NCBI GenBank assembly: GCA_050084985.1
Contig: JBITNC010000001.1
Location: 169,632,001-169,696,000, forward strand
DNA from: Nageia nagi
Lineage: Eukaryota > Plantae > Pinophyta
Direction of reading: 5' to 3'
DNA length: 64,000 nucleotides
Shown: positions 1-13,048 of the stretch, piece by piece
Position numbering within the stretch: the first letter of the stretch is position 1
How the letters are laid out: every line of letters starts with the position of its first letter
Translations under genes and position numbers: made by a program
The notes under the pieces: generated by a model
What the model saw: the letters and a program-made list of their open reading frames with translations, nothing else
Told to the model about the DNA's origin: nothing
Database searches by the model: none

Positions 1-1553
1 CATCAAATCTGAATGCACAAGTTGAAGAGGTTGAGATGCTCTTATTGCTTTATCTTTTTCAAATCTTTATCTATTCATCTTGCTAAGGATGCACTTCTCA
101 CATAGACCAATTGAAAGTAAACCTTCCATAAGATCTTGATTTTTCATGACTTGAATACTCTTGTGATTAACGTGCCCTAAGCATTGGTGCCAAAGATTTC
201 CTCTAAAACATACATTTGTAGTAGGACATATCATTTTTGAAACTTGATCCATAATGTAGATTTCATCTTTCACTAACCCTTGAACCAACATGGCAAGTGT
301 TAATGCATTAGGTTTGAGAGTCAAACTTAAAAGAGTACCTTTTCCTTGCAACTTGAATCAAAGAGAGAAGGTTCATCCTAAGATTAAGAACATAGACTAT
401 ATTTTTAAGAACCTTCCTGTGAATCAACACACTCCCAATGCCTTGGAATTCAAGGATAGAATTATCACCTATCACAACTGCATCTTTCTTATACTTGTGA
501 AAGTTCTCAAACTTGTCTTTTTCAAAGCATAGGTGATTAGTGCAACCAAAATTAACAATTCAATTAGATAAAAAAGTATGAGTCATAGGGAAGAGCATAA
601 TAGTAAATTCAACTTTTATATTTTTCTTCCCTTTGAAGTTCTTTACATTTCCATTACCCTTGTAATTTTCTTCTCTTTTTTTTGCATCAATCAGTTTCTT
701 TGTGACCATGGATGCCACAAAAGTTACAATTTCTATCAAATTTTCTCTAAAGATTTGGTTTTCTTGCCTTGCCTTTTCCATCTCTTTGCTTGAATAAGTT
801 GTTGTTGTCATGGTTGCCATTGTTGCCATGGTTGCTATTGTTGTTGCCCCTTTTCTCAAACCTTTTGGAGGAAGAAGGATAAGATTTTTTATGATTATTG
901 AACTTCTTCTTGAAAAGAGTTTTGGTTGCTCCTAGATAAATATTATTATCCTTTGGATAATAAATCAACACCTTTTTGTTAAGAGTTTCCTCATACTTTA
1001 AAAGGAGCCTAGAAAGGTTCTCAAGGGAGAAGACTTCTTCTTCATCATCGAGCCTAGTCTCAATTACTATCATAAAGTTACCAAAATTTGAAGAAAGGCT
1101 TTAGAGAATGATGAATACTATGAACTCATCATTGATCCAATTGCACCCATAAGCAACAAGTTAGGTTCTAAGGTAAATGATTTTGTTCAAGTAGATGACA
1201 ATATTTTCATCTTTCCCTTAATGAGATTGAAATAATTTTTCAAGGATAATAAACCTTTTAGAAAACTTATATCCAAGGTAAATCTTATTATGCTTATCCT
1301 AAGCTTCCTTTGTTAAGGTTGAGGTTGAAATCATAAGGAGCACATCATATGACACTACACTAAAAATCATGGAGGTTGTCAACTCATTCTTCATGTTGTA
1401 TACTTCAAGTGCCTTCTTATCTGTAGGAGCAACTAGGTTCTCATTCACTATTTGCCAAAACTTTCTTGTCTACAATTCAACTCTTATCTGAGGTTCCCAA
1501 ATTCCAAAGTTAGAATAATCAAGAATGTGTTTCAGTAAAAAGGTTCCTCCCAT
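1..1553 (-). pseudogene. Decayed copia gag-pol polyprotein
   Basis: ATG at 1553 gives MGGTFLLKHILDYSNFGIWEPQIRVEL*.. (UBN2-type gag). ORFs 747-1073 and 67-351 continue it, with several stops and frameshifts. Confidence 0.9.
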
Positions 1554-2382
1554 TTGCTACATAAGAATGTGAATAAATAATAAGCATGTGGTTCAAAAAA
1601 TAACATTACATGTTAAGTTTTAATCCAAGTAAATAATATATGTTAAATTTAACAATAAGGATATGCTTGATTTGTTTTACAAGAGAAAATGTTTACAACT
1701 CAAATATACATCCCATGTACCCAAATACCAAGAATCGTAGATGTAGAGTGACATTATTGAGGGTTATTTTCTTATCTAAATTAGGCCTTCACTTGGATGC
1801 ATACAAGGTTGAGCCCAAGTACAACCAATCGTCAACCAGTTCACCTTGGGTAGTATTATACTCTCATAAGGAGATGTACTTAATATTTTTTAAGGTATAA
1901 CATATATTGTATCAATAAAATTATTAATCTTGATTAGGTTTTAAGTTATCCTCATAGGTTATCAAGATAATCCCTAAATGGATGTGTAGACACGCATACT
2001 TGTCCACCTATTGGAGTTATATACAAACCAACAGAGGACTAAGGGGAATTGATAAGCATGAACTTTTCACCATTTGTATCATTGAACTTAAAGGATCCAA
2101 TCTACCTGTCCTCACCTCATGGCTCCCCAAACAAGTCATGTTGAAAAGTGTATGTATTGATGTGTTCATTTTAGGAGGTTGCTCATTTCAATGTTTATGA
2201 TTTTTGCATAATTAAATAAAGCAAAATGCAAAATATGAAGTAAAAGAGCATAAGCAAAAAACATCATTCATTTTGAAACCTAAGAGTCCAATGGGTTTTG
2301 TTTACCAACCCCTAAAGAACATCTTTACATCATTCTTTAATTGCACAAGTCCATTCCATTCTTACATAAGGAAGTAAAATTG

Positions 2383-2682
2383 GCATGCATTAATCCCATA
2401 ACTTAAAAAATTAGGAAGCATGCATCATTTAACTTAAAAATTAAGTACTAAGCATGTATTATTATCTTAAAAAAATAAGTACTAAGCATGCATTATTAAC
2501 TTACAAAATAAGTAGGAAGCATGCATCACTTAACTTAAAAAATTAAGTTTCATCACTAAAAGAAATAAGCATGCATTATTTCATAACTTAAAAATTTAAG
2601 TAAGCATGCATAATTTCCATAACTTAAAAAAAAATTAAGCAAGCATGCATAACTTTAAAATTTTAAGTAAGCATGCATTATT
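2383..2682. repeat. ~30-bp degenerate minisatellite (AACTTAAAAAATTAAGTAAGCATGCATTATT) in the copia leader
   Basis: About 9 recurrences of AAGCATGCAT flanked by AACTTAAAAA. Confidence 0.85.
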
Positions 2683-3942
2683 CCATATCCATTAAATTCC
2701 AAGAGATAAATATTCTAAGCATAAAGGATAAAAAAATTAAGTAAAAAAAATCCTTAAATATTCCCCCTTTAATAAATGTTTAGAAAAATATTTTATGAAA
2801 AGTTTGCCACTCTTGCTTAAAAAATTTATCCAAGGAAAAAAAAATTTAGTTCTAGGTAAAAAGTTGCATCTAAGAGTTACCAAAAAAAATGAAAGATTAC
2901 TTTTGCTATCTTAGGCTAAAATCTCTCAGCCTAAAAAAGAAAGCTTCATGCTTAAAATAATCTCCATTTACTGCTTCCATTTTAAACAAGTAATCATCAT
3001 TTAAACTTCATTAAATGGAGAAGGAAGTCATGTACTTAAAGGAATGGCATTTAATATATTTTTGAAGTTGAAGCTTACTCAAACTCAAAAACTTCTACTT
3101 TAAGTACTAAATTTAATGTGGCAAATGATGGTCTGACAAGAACTTTATTTTCAAGTAAACAAAAAAATACCTTTAATGGAAAAAATGGCCAACTACCAAC
3201 AATTAATACAGGCATGGAGGGTCTTACTAAGCCATACATAAAAAGTATTTACAAATTAAAAAAAAAGCTAGGAGAGAGCTACGCATAATGAGAAAAAAAG
3301 GAACTTACGTAGGTGGGAGGCTACTCTTTAGAAGGCATGAGAGGAGAGCAGCTAGGAAGGAGTATCTAGGTGGCACAAGGAGAGAGAGAGAGAGAGGAGA
3401 GAGCCCACGTGACCTCCTCAATTTTGCACAAATCCTCTCTTATTTTAGAGAAATACAACAAAAAAAGGTCATGTAGAGTGGGAAGAGAGGAGGAGAGGCC
3501 ATAGCTAGAGTAGAGTCATTCTAGAAAATAGCAAAAAAAAGGAATATGAAGAGGGCTAATAGGAGGAAGGTCACATAACGGAAACCAGTTTCATCCTTCA
3601 TATTGGCATGAAATAAGTCATGCAAGAGGTTCATAAAAGGTGCATAAGGTGAAAGAGTGATTGAAGGGACACCCAATCAAGAGAAATGGAGGGTTGAGAG
3701 GAGGCCAAAATCCTCAGGCTATGAGGTTCCAAAAAAAATGCCACCTAAAAAAAATGCTGCAAGGAATTCAAATAGTTGAAGGTTTGGGGTTCATCAAGAT
3801 CACCAAAGTAGACCAAACAAAGACATTAATAGATAAAAAATTCAATAGATTTTGTATTTTAGAAAAAAAAAACTTTCTTATGTGTATATTCCCCTTTTTT
3901 TATCTATATAAAAAAACATTAACCCCCCCTTATTACAATTAG

Positions 3943-3945
<3 letters not shown>

Positions 3946-3995
<50 letters not shown>
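3946..3995. repeat. (TA)n microsatellite
   Basis: Perfect AT dinucleotide run of about 50 bp. Confidence 0.99.
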
Positions 3996-3998
<3 letters not shown>

Positions 3999-4441
3999 AA
4001 TTGTATTTTTCTTCACAAAGATAGTAAAAAAAATTACATTATCTTTTCCTAAGATATTATTTCTCAAAAAAAGTGTATCTATATACATAAACTTTTATTC
4101 AAACCTTTTGAAAAAAAATTCAATCCATATATATACAAAATTAGAGTAATGTAATAAGCAATTTTAACTTGTAACTAACAATAGGAAGTATTAGTATAAG
4201 TGAACAAAATTACTTCATAATATATTGCTCCTTTAAAGAAATTTTACCACATATATAAGAAATTACTAACATAATACAACATATGTTGCTAACATTAGTG
4301 AAATATGCCATAAGATAAATAAATAAAGGAGAATGTATGTTGGAAGTTATACCTTGAATTTTACCTCAACAATGAAATGAAGAGATGAACACCAAGAAGA
4401 AGAGCTTCCATACCAAGGATGTGAAGATGAGCCTCCAAGGA

Positions 4442-4453
4442 GCTCTGATACCA
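4442..4453 (-). promoter_or_regulatory. Primer-binding site, tRNA-iMet
   Basis: GCTCTGATACCA is the reverse complement of TGGTATCAGAGC, 2 nt from the LTR end. Confidence 0.95.
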
Positions 4454-4455
4454 AA

Positions 4456-4959
4456 TGAAAGGATTGTAATATAACATAAATAATCATAAACTACCAATAT
4501 CACATGGAATCTCACTCATTCAACATTAATAACTCAAGCATAAACACTCTCACAAGATAACTCAAGAGATAAAGTGGTTCTTCCAACTAGGAGTACATCC
4601 ACTAACTAGATCTTACTCCATTCATGAACATGAGCCTCTTACAAATCTCCTAATATCATCTCCTAAACACTATCCTATAGCATAACTTTACTCCACAAAT
4701 TGTTGGATGATCACAAAGAGGGATCCTTTTATTTATAGGCCAAAGTCTCTCTTTGGATCACCCTTTTACCCAATGTACAAAGGCATGACATGCAACACCC
4801 TTTTACCTAAGTGGCATGCTCATGACATGGACTGTAGGATAAGTTACATTATCATATTCATTTAAATACTTAAGGTATCTATAGATACCCTTAAGTATTA
4901 GTGAATTTACAAAGAATACTAATACAAACCTTTACAATAATGCATTATACATTCCAACA
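4456..4959 (-). repeat. Copia 5' LTR (~504 bp)
   Basis: TG..CA ends, TATA box (CCTATAAAT on minus near 4735), adjacent PBS, and a homologous copy at 23465-23958. Confidence 0.9.
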
Positions 4960-5385
4960 CCCATATCCAAACCCTTTTTAACACTTCAGTTAAAGAAGGA
5001 TTTCTTAAGCAATGAATTGTTATCTTAATGATTCCTATTTACAAAATTAGAGATAAAGTAACTCATCAAATTATAGAATTATTATGATAATTCCTTTACT
5101 TTTCAAACTTTATGGTAGTATGATAGAAAATAAAAATAGTATTTAGCTTGATGATAATAATTTAAGAGCTAAAGGAAAAGCTAGTTTCATATGTAGACAT
5201 TCAACAATGGATCACATATTCACATTTCAAGTTATTGTTGAAACCTATCAAAATGATATAAAAGGTTTAATTGCTTGCTTTATGGATTTTAAAAAGCATT
5301 TTATTTGTTCTTAGGGATAAAATTTCAAAGTATATTACTAATTTAGATTTACCTCTTGAAATAAGATTGGTTGTTTATAAACTTT
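4960..5385 (+). mobile_element. Non-LTR (LINE) reverse-transcriptase fragment, abutting the copia LTR
   Basis: Translates as ..LMIPIYKIRDK..SNYRIIMIIPLLFKLYGSMIE..RAKGKASFICRHSTMDHIFTFQVIVE..ACFMDFKK. This matches LINE RT motifs (PIFK, NYR.I, QAGFR..STxDHIF, FVDFxKAFD). Confidence 0.85.
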
Positions 5386-6364
5386 TGGTTATTTGGGTTC
5401 AATTTTTGCTTCCCTAATTGAGTCATAAAGTAAACTGTAAAGAAGGTCCATGGCCATCATTTAGAGTATTTGGCCCCTCCTCCAAAAAAATTATTTTGTT
5501 ATTGATACACATTCTTACTTATTTGTTATCATTTTCCATTCATTTCCAAATTGTTACTTGTATTTGATTATATTTCAAATGATTAACATTATCATTTTTA
5601 TTTATGGAATAATTAATCAACTATATTAATGCATTTAATTATTATTTTTATTATACATAAAAAATTATAATTATATGTAAGTGATATGTCTAATGAGGTG
5701 TACTAATGTTGTATATAAACTTGTATTTTTATTTAAATTATATTTTAAGCAATCAATTATTATTTGTGTTCTACATATGAGTAAATATTTATTCATGCTA
5801 TCTATTTGTTAATACATATTGCCACTTATTTCTTATCATTTCTAATTTATATTTTATGTAATTGTTTCCATCCATTTCCAAATTATTACCTAATAGTTTA
5901 TGATATTTCAAGTGATTCACATTATCATGTATTTATAGATTCAAATCTATTAGTCAAAAATATTAGTGTATTTGATTATTATTTGTACTATGCATAAAAG
6001 CATACAATTACATTTAAGTGATTTATCCAATGAGTTGCACTAATGTTATATTCCTTATATAACTCATATAAACTTGTACTTTTATTTAATATTATGTCTC
6101 AATTTTTGGTTAAGTTTGTCATATGTTGACCATGTTGTGCCTTGTTTCCCATGTTGAATTCCCACTATGACATATACATGCTATGTAATGGCCTACTACA
6201 CTCATCCCATAGATTGGTTGGTGTCCTATGGAAATTTATATACTTTTACCTTTACCTTTAAATTACATTCTTGTATTTAAAAAATCAATTATTCAATCAT
6301 TTAAATGCAAACAAACACTTTTTAATGTGATCTATTCCATATTTTTAAAATACAAACACTTTAT

Positions 6365-7847
6365 TGTAATGAGATGAACTAGGGCTCATGCAAAAATGCA
6401 CATTCCTTGCTCACAAAATTAGTACAAACTCCAAAATAATGCATAAAATAGTTCCAAACACAAAGCAATGATGAAATATTACAACCAACACCCCAGGAGT
6501 GTGATGTCTTTCTCCAAAGCCAAATCTCATGCCAAACACAAAAATATTTAACATCCAAGTATAGAAGCAATAATATCATATTATCCAAAAATCCAACATC
6601 TAGAATAATGATACCAATTGCTTACAATAATGCTAAATTATGCTAGACATCCCACTTCTAATTATGGAAAGCTAGAACATGAATAAATAACATAATATGC
6701 ACTTCTAGTTCCAACATTCAAGCAAGATGAGACAAATGACAATAATATAGCAAAACCAATGCCAGAGTAATTGTATTCAAAGAATAGAATTATAGTAATC
6801 TTAATTATAATAAAAATTTAATGAATATTGATACTCCAAATCACAAACCTACAATGTGGTAAGGCTTGCTCCAGGGCTTCCTCCTCCAGTAGTTGTAGTG
6901 GAATCTCAGAGATCCACTAGCAATATTCTAATAATTCAAGGGGAATTCCAACACCCCCTAGATAGCTAATTGTAATCCTTGAGGTTTGACAAACATCAAG
7001 AAATCATTGCATAAATATAAATTTATGCCAAACTTCAAGCTCTTCACACCATTGATACAAATCCAAGAGAGGCATAACCCTAACCAAGAAGAAGAATAAT
7101 AATTCCAATCACATACATGCATTTTTCTTTTAGGGATACTCCCTATATAGGTAGCTCCATCTCCTATGCATGCAAAGGATTGATGTAATCTCATCCAATA
7201 GTATATTAGGATTGATTTGTATGCTCACTTATCCCATGTGCAAGATTGAGGTACCTTGAGATGGAAGTAATCACATCCCAAGGGTCAAGAGCACCAACAT
7301 TGGGATTTGGGAGTCCTCTAATGCTTTGTACCAAGTGTTATTCCATAGGAATCATGTTTCTCTACCTCGAGTAATTAAAAGGGGAGCTAAATAATAATTA
7401 TTACCTATTAAATGTGAATTTACATCCATCAAGGCTCCTTATATGCAAAATCCCTAATTTAAGTGACTAATATTGTATTTACATTTAATAATTACCTTAG
7501 TATCATCATTACGTCATGATTGGCATTAGAATACTAGTTTACCCCTAACTAGATATAAATCACACCTAGATTAATAACATAATAATTGCACATCCTTAGT
7601 GGAAAGATGTGACCTTTCCAATGGTTAGCTGGAAAGAGAATTTTGGATTCCAATGCATGTGCATGATATTAGAAAATACCATAACTCCTTCATTTCTTGA
7701 TAAAACCTAATCGTGTAACCTATCAAAATAATTGGTATGAGGTCCCCTTTTCGTTCAAAGTGGTAAAACATCATTTTTTGTCTTATAGAAGATGTAATCT
7801 CCTTAAAACCAAAAATGAGTAGAACTTTACAAATTGGGGACATTACA
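6365..7847 (-). repeat. 3' LTR of the 6365-12615 element
   Basis: Collinear with 11108-12615. Preceded on the minus strand by a PPT and a gypsy-type end (..KDKQFWRGGIVMSP). Confidence 0.93.
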
Positions 7848-8480
7848 ATACCACCCCTCCAAAATTGCTTGTCCTTAAGCAATACTAACATCATTATCGA
7901 ATTGGAACCATCTATAATATCCCAATTTGTTATCAAAGAAGATTCTTCATGCTTTTGTTGTGTAACTCTGATTATAAATTCATATTTCTATGGTAGTGCT
8001 TTAGGTGCTCTTTCTTTCCAAATAGCCATGAGGCTATAGATGGTTATAGGCATAGAGAGTGTCACCAAACTAAGTGTTGAAAAATATGTTACAAGAAATC
8101 CCAAATCTAGATATGTAAATGTAGCAATGAAGTAATTGCTCCAAGTCGATACTAACACTTGCCCCCATGTATCTAAGTTATCATCTAGATACCTCATGAT
8201 GTTGTATGTCCCTACTTCAAGTGAAAACTTATCTATGTATAGATGATTAGGAGTGAAGTAAATATTCCAAAATAATGCTAGTGCTCCTCCATGTATCTTA
8301 ATTCTATCTTCAACATTCTTCACATGCCCAAGTGCCTCTAAGTTTATAAAATATAGGTCTAAAGTAGTGTGTTCATTTGAGAAATGTGTACTCCAAGTTG
8401 AGTGGTAACCCTAAGCGATCATCCATGATTCATTTGCAAACTACTTGTATTCAAGCCTAGCATAACTGTATTTAATATAT

Positions 8481-9959
8481 CTAAGTAATGATCTTTCCCA
8501 AAATATTTAATTGCAATACTCCTTTATCTCCTATATCATAATTCAGTTTAGAGTCTTCACCCTCATCAAACTTTTCCTTAATATGTGTAAGTGTGCTTTC
8601 TTCAAGGAATGTGTTTAGAGATTCAAAGCATAATTTGAGTGATAAATTGTAATCCAACTTTTTTAAAGCATCATTCCCTTTACTCTCTACCTTTTTTTCA
8701 TAAAGCTCATGTTCTAGCTTCATGCTTATGTCCATTAGGTCCTCATCCTTTTGAGCTTTATTTAAAGATCAAGATAAATAAACATTATCTTCTTTTAGAA
8801 AAATGGTCACTTCTTCTAACTAAGAATTTCTCATAACAACTTGAAGTCTCATTTAATACAAAATTTCCTTTTTTGTATAATTTTTCCATTTGATGTCAAG
8901 TCTTCTTTGAAGCTCCATTATTTTCATACTTGATTCTTGAATTTGTGATTGCAAAATTGCATTTTTAGTTAGAGCATCATGATATTGGGCCTTGAGATGA
9001 GCCTTTTCTTGAGCCAATTCCTTCTCTATCTTGGCCAAATCCATGCTTTTCTCTATTTCTTGTAGCAATATGCTCATGTCCCTTGATGCCTTATTTGATA
9101 TCTCATCCAACATCATGACCTTGTTAGAGAGTTTTAATATTTCTTCATTGTATTTTCTTTGGATATCATTCACCTTTTGATCATTATATTGGGTCATTCC
9201 CTCTAGATATTTGACATGCTTTGCTTATTCTGCTTTCATCTTCAATTCATGTTACTTCCTGATTTCTATAGTTATATGTTCAACTATGAGTAGTTGTGTA
9301 TTAATTTGCTCTTCCAATGCTCTTTGCCTTTCTTTAGCTATTGCAATCAATTGATACCCTTTCATTAACTCTTGCTGAAGTCAACATATTTTTATATTAT
9401 GTAGTTTGATGGTTGCATGGTGATTTGAGAGTTCCTTTTATAAATATTCAATTTATTTTTCCTTTCTCTATAGGGTGGTTGTAAATCTTATTTTCATAAA
9501 TTCCTCTTTTTGTTGTGCTTCTTGTTGTAGTATGGTAGCTTCTCTCAATGATTCTTGAGCTATTTCATACTTCCTTTTCCATTCAAAGCTTTTCCCTTTT
9601 ATCCCTTTTAAAAGTTTGCAAACCTTGTCATGCTTTTATTCCAATGCTTTATATTTATGTTACATCCTTGCCAACCTATTTGAATCCCTCCTTGCATCCT
9701 TACTACATTTTTGTTTGAACACTAATTATTTTTCTATCATTTGCAATTTATCCTTAAGTGAAAGATACTTTGTTTGTAGTTTATTTCTAATAGTCTTCAA
9801 TTTTGTGTCTAGTTTGGATACCCTAGAGAGTGCTACTTGTTCCTTCTTCCTTGCCTCCATGAGGTTTGTCTTAGTGTTGGCTAGCTCGACCTTGATTCAA
9901 TCCATTGTATTCGATTCACTCTTGATCTCTTTGAGATGCGTTTCCCCTTTTGGAAGTGC
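8481..9959 (-). pseudogene. Decayed intronless coiled-coil ORF; core 9141-9473 resembles synaptonemal complex transverse-filament protein ZYP1/ZEP1
   Basis: One frame without frameshift includes ORFs 8853-9197 and 8481-8735. The core reads L*RKEK*IEYL*KELSNHH..LQQELMKGYQLIAIAKERQRALEEQI..EIRK*HELKMKAE*AKHVKYLEGMTQYNDQKVNDIQRKYNEE. Recalled ZYP1 reads [85 protein letters not shown]. Confidence 0.7.
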
Positions 9960-11107
9960 TTGATTCTCTTCTTTCTTTTATGTTGGTGGTGTTTATGTAC
10001 TTTTCCCTCAATTAAATGAGTTTGTTCTTGTTGAATTTGGAGTACAAGTGCAATGGATTATTTTTAGTAGATGCTTCTTTCCCTTTAAGTCCATAAATAT
10101 CCTATAAATATCCTAAAGTCTACCTTCTCCTTATATTTTTCTAAAACATGTCGACCAAATTATCTTATTTTCTTCATCCATAATTTCAAGTTCTTTTTAT
10201 AAAACTAATTATTCCTCCTAAAATTCTAAAATCACTCCATAGTGAAAAAAACTGATCCACAAGTTAGATCTAGATACTTGGTTGCTAAAGGTTGAGCTTA
10301 TGGCCCAACATCTCCCTTTCTTCCTTCTTCACTGCACAAAATATCACTATGATACTAACATCACCCTCCAAGAGAGAGAATGATAAAAATTTGATATTTA
10401 TTTCTTAGTGCAAAGTATGATACTATTGTAATATTTTATCTCTTAACAAAAATACCAAGATCTTAAATGTGATAACTCAAAGATTAAAATTTCTCAAATC
10501 TGGTGCAATTTGGTCCTTCTCAAAACCCAACGATCTCTTTGAGTGGCCTCAAAAATACCAAATGGTCCTCCTTAAGGTCATATGGACATCCTAATAGCCT
10601 TGAAACTCTAAACAAGTTCCCTCCTTTCTCTTCACAACTCATATCTAGAGCTCTATACTTCAAATGAATCCTCAAACTTGATGAAAATGTTGTAAAATTT
10701 TAGAAATAATTACTCACTAAGCTAGATGACTTCTTTAGAGCCTTCCAATTTAGAAAATATGATCAAATTGGATCCTATGAACTATCAAACAATGGGATCT
10801 AATCTCTTATACCTCCAACGTAGGTATCTCAATGTCTATATTAAGCAAATATGATGTCCAAAGTTCAATGTTAGCCCTCTAGTGTTAGAATGAACTAGAT
10901 TCAAACTTGAGAATGCTCTCCTTAACTCTTTGATACCAATGTAATATCTTCAACCTTCCTTATATATTCTAGTAATATGATAATATCTATTTAGCAGCTT
11001 CTCTCTAGCAAGATGGAGAGATTTGCTTTAAATTCTCCTCTTCAACAATTTAATTTTTTTTTAAGATCTAAACCAATAGGATGGTAAGATCTTGGCTCTA
11101 ATGTAAC

Positions 11108-12615
11108 TGTAATGAATCAAAATAGGGCTCATGCAAAAATGCACATTCCTTGCTTACAAAACTACTACAAACTCTAAAATAATGCATAAAACTAGTTCTA
11201 AACACAAAGCAATAATCAAATATTGCAACCAATACCCCAAGAGTGTGATGCCTTGCTCCAAAGCCAGATCTAATTGCAAACACAAAAATATCCAACATCC
11301 AAGTATAGAAGCAATAATATCATATTAAATAATGAATAACCATCCAAAAATCTAACATCTAGAATAATGATGCCAATTACTTACAATAATGCCAAATTAT
11401 GTTAGAGATCCCACTTCTAGGTATGGAGAGACAAAACATGAATAAATAACACAATATGCACTTCCAATTCCAATGTTCAAGAAAGATGAGCCAAATGATA
11501 ATAATATAGCAAAATAAAGGCCAAAGTAATTATATTCAAATAATAGTATTATAATAACCTTAATTATAATGACAATATAGAGAAGACTAATACTCTAAAG
11601 CACAGAATCGCAGTGTCGCAAGGCTTTCTCCAGGGATTCCTCCACTAGTAGCTATGGTGGAATATCAAATATCTTCTTGCAATATTCTAATAATCCAAGG
11701 GTAATGCTAACACTCACTAGATATCCTTCTATAATCCTTGAGGTTTTTTAACCCTCAAGAAATCATTGCATAAACCTAAAGTTATGTTGAACTTTAAACT
11801 CTTCATGTTATCGATGTGGATCTAAGAGAGGCACAACCCTAACTAAGAAGAAAAAGAATAATTCCAATCACTTACATGCATTAATTTTCTTCTATAAATA
11901 CTCCTTATATAGGTAACTTCATCTTATAATAATACATTTAGTTTGATGTAATCTCATCCAACGATGTTTGAGGTTGATCCGTGTGCTCACTTATCCTACG
12001 TCCATAATTAAGGTACCTCAAGATGGGAGTAATCACATTCAAGGCACAAGAGCACAAAAGTTGGGTTTTGGAAGTCCTCCAATGCTTCCTAGTAAGTGTT
12101 ATTCCATAGGAATCATGTTGCTTTACTTCAAGGAACTAAAAGGGGAGTTATTAAATGCCAATTTACATCCATCAAGGCTTCTTATATGCAATGTCCCTAA
12201 TTTAGGTGACTAATATTACATTTCAATTTAATTATTGCCTTAATATCATCATTACATCATTATTGGCATTAGAATACTAATTTACCCCTAACTAGATATA
12301 AATCACACCTAGATTAATAACATAATAATTGCACATCCTTAGAGGAAGGATGTGACTTTTCTAGTGATCAACTAGAAAGAGAATTCTAGATTCCCATGCA
12401 TGCATGCAATATTAAAAAATTGGTTGGAAAAATGAACTTCAAAATGCCATAACTCCTCTATTTCTTAACTAAACCTAGTCATGTAATCTATCAAAATGAT
12501 TGGCAAGAGGCCCCTTTTCTGTTCCAAGTGGTAAAATGTCAATTCCTAGTTTGTAGAAGACATAATCTCCTTAAAACCAAAAATGAGTAAAAATTTACAA
12601 ATTTGGGACATTACA
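11108..12615 (-). repeat. 5' LTR of the 6365-12615 element
   Basis: TGTAATGAATCAAAATAGGGCTCATGC..GGGACATTACA, homologous to 6365-7847. Confidence 0.93.
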
Positions 12616-13048
12616 TTTATTAAATTATTTGATTATTATTTTTACTATAAATAAAAATAATTCATATAATGATTATTATATGTACTATACATAAAAGCAT
12701 GAAATTATATTTAAGTGATTTATCTAATGAGGTGCACTAATGTTGTATTCTTTAAATAATTTATATAAACTTGTATTTTTATTTAAATTACATTATTGTA
12801 TTTAATCAATCAATTATTTAATCATTTAAATACGAATAAATACTTTTTTTATGTGATTTATTCCATATTTTTTAAATACAAACACTTTATTAAAGTATTC
12901 GATTATTATTTTTACTATACATAAAAATAATTCATATAAACTATCCATGCATTTCAAAATTATCACCCTTTGATTCACATTATCATTTATTTATAGATTC
13001 AAATACATTATTATTTTTAATATATATAAAAACAATGCAATTATATTT

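Larger units (their letters stand above)
1..4959 (-). mobile_element. Ty1/copia LTR retrotransposon, 5' part (5' LTR, PBS, long leader, gag-protease-start of integrase); continues beyond the left edge
   Basis: The minus strand reads LTR (TGTTGG..TTCA, 4959-4456), PBS TGGTATCAGAGC, gag, GAG-pre-integrase (LWHQCLGHVN..CEKCILSK) and integrase start PLQLVHSDL at the window edge. This is copia domain order. Confidence 0.93.
6365..12615 (-). mobile_element. Complete non-autonomous Ty3/gypsy-type LTR element carrying a ZYP1-like coiled-coil frame
   Basis: Two homologous ~1.5-kb LTRs (TGTAAT..ATTACA), perfect 5-bp TSD TTTAT (6360-6364 / 12616-12620), PPT GGAGGGGTGGTAT next to 7847, PBS-like sites at 10926 and 11095. 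No gag/pol motifs seen inside. Confidence 0.93.

Noticed and set aside
9616-9963. Hydrophobic plus-strand ORF as a membrane or env-like protein
   Set aside because: It is the antisense shadow of the Lys/Glu-rich coiled-coil frame.
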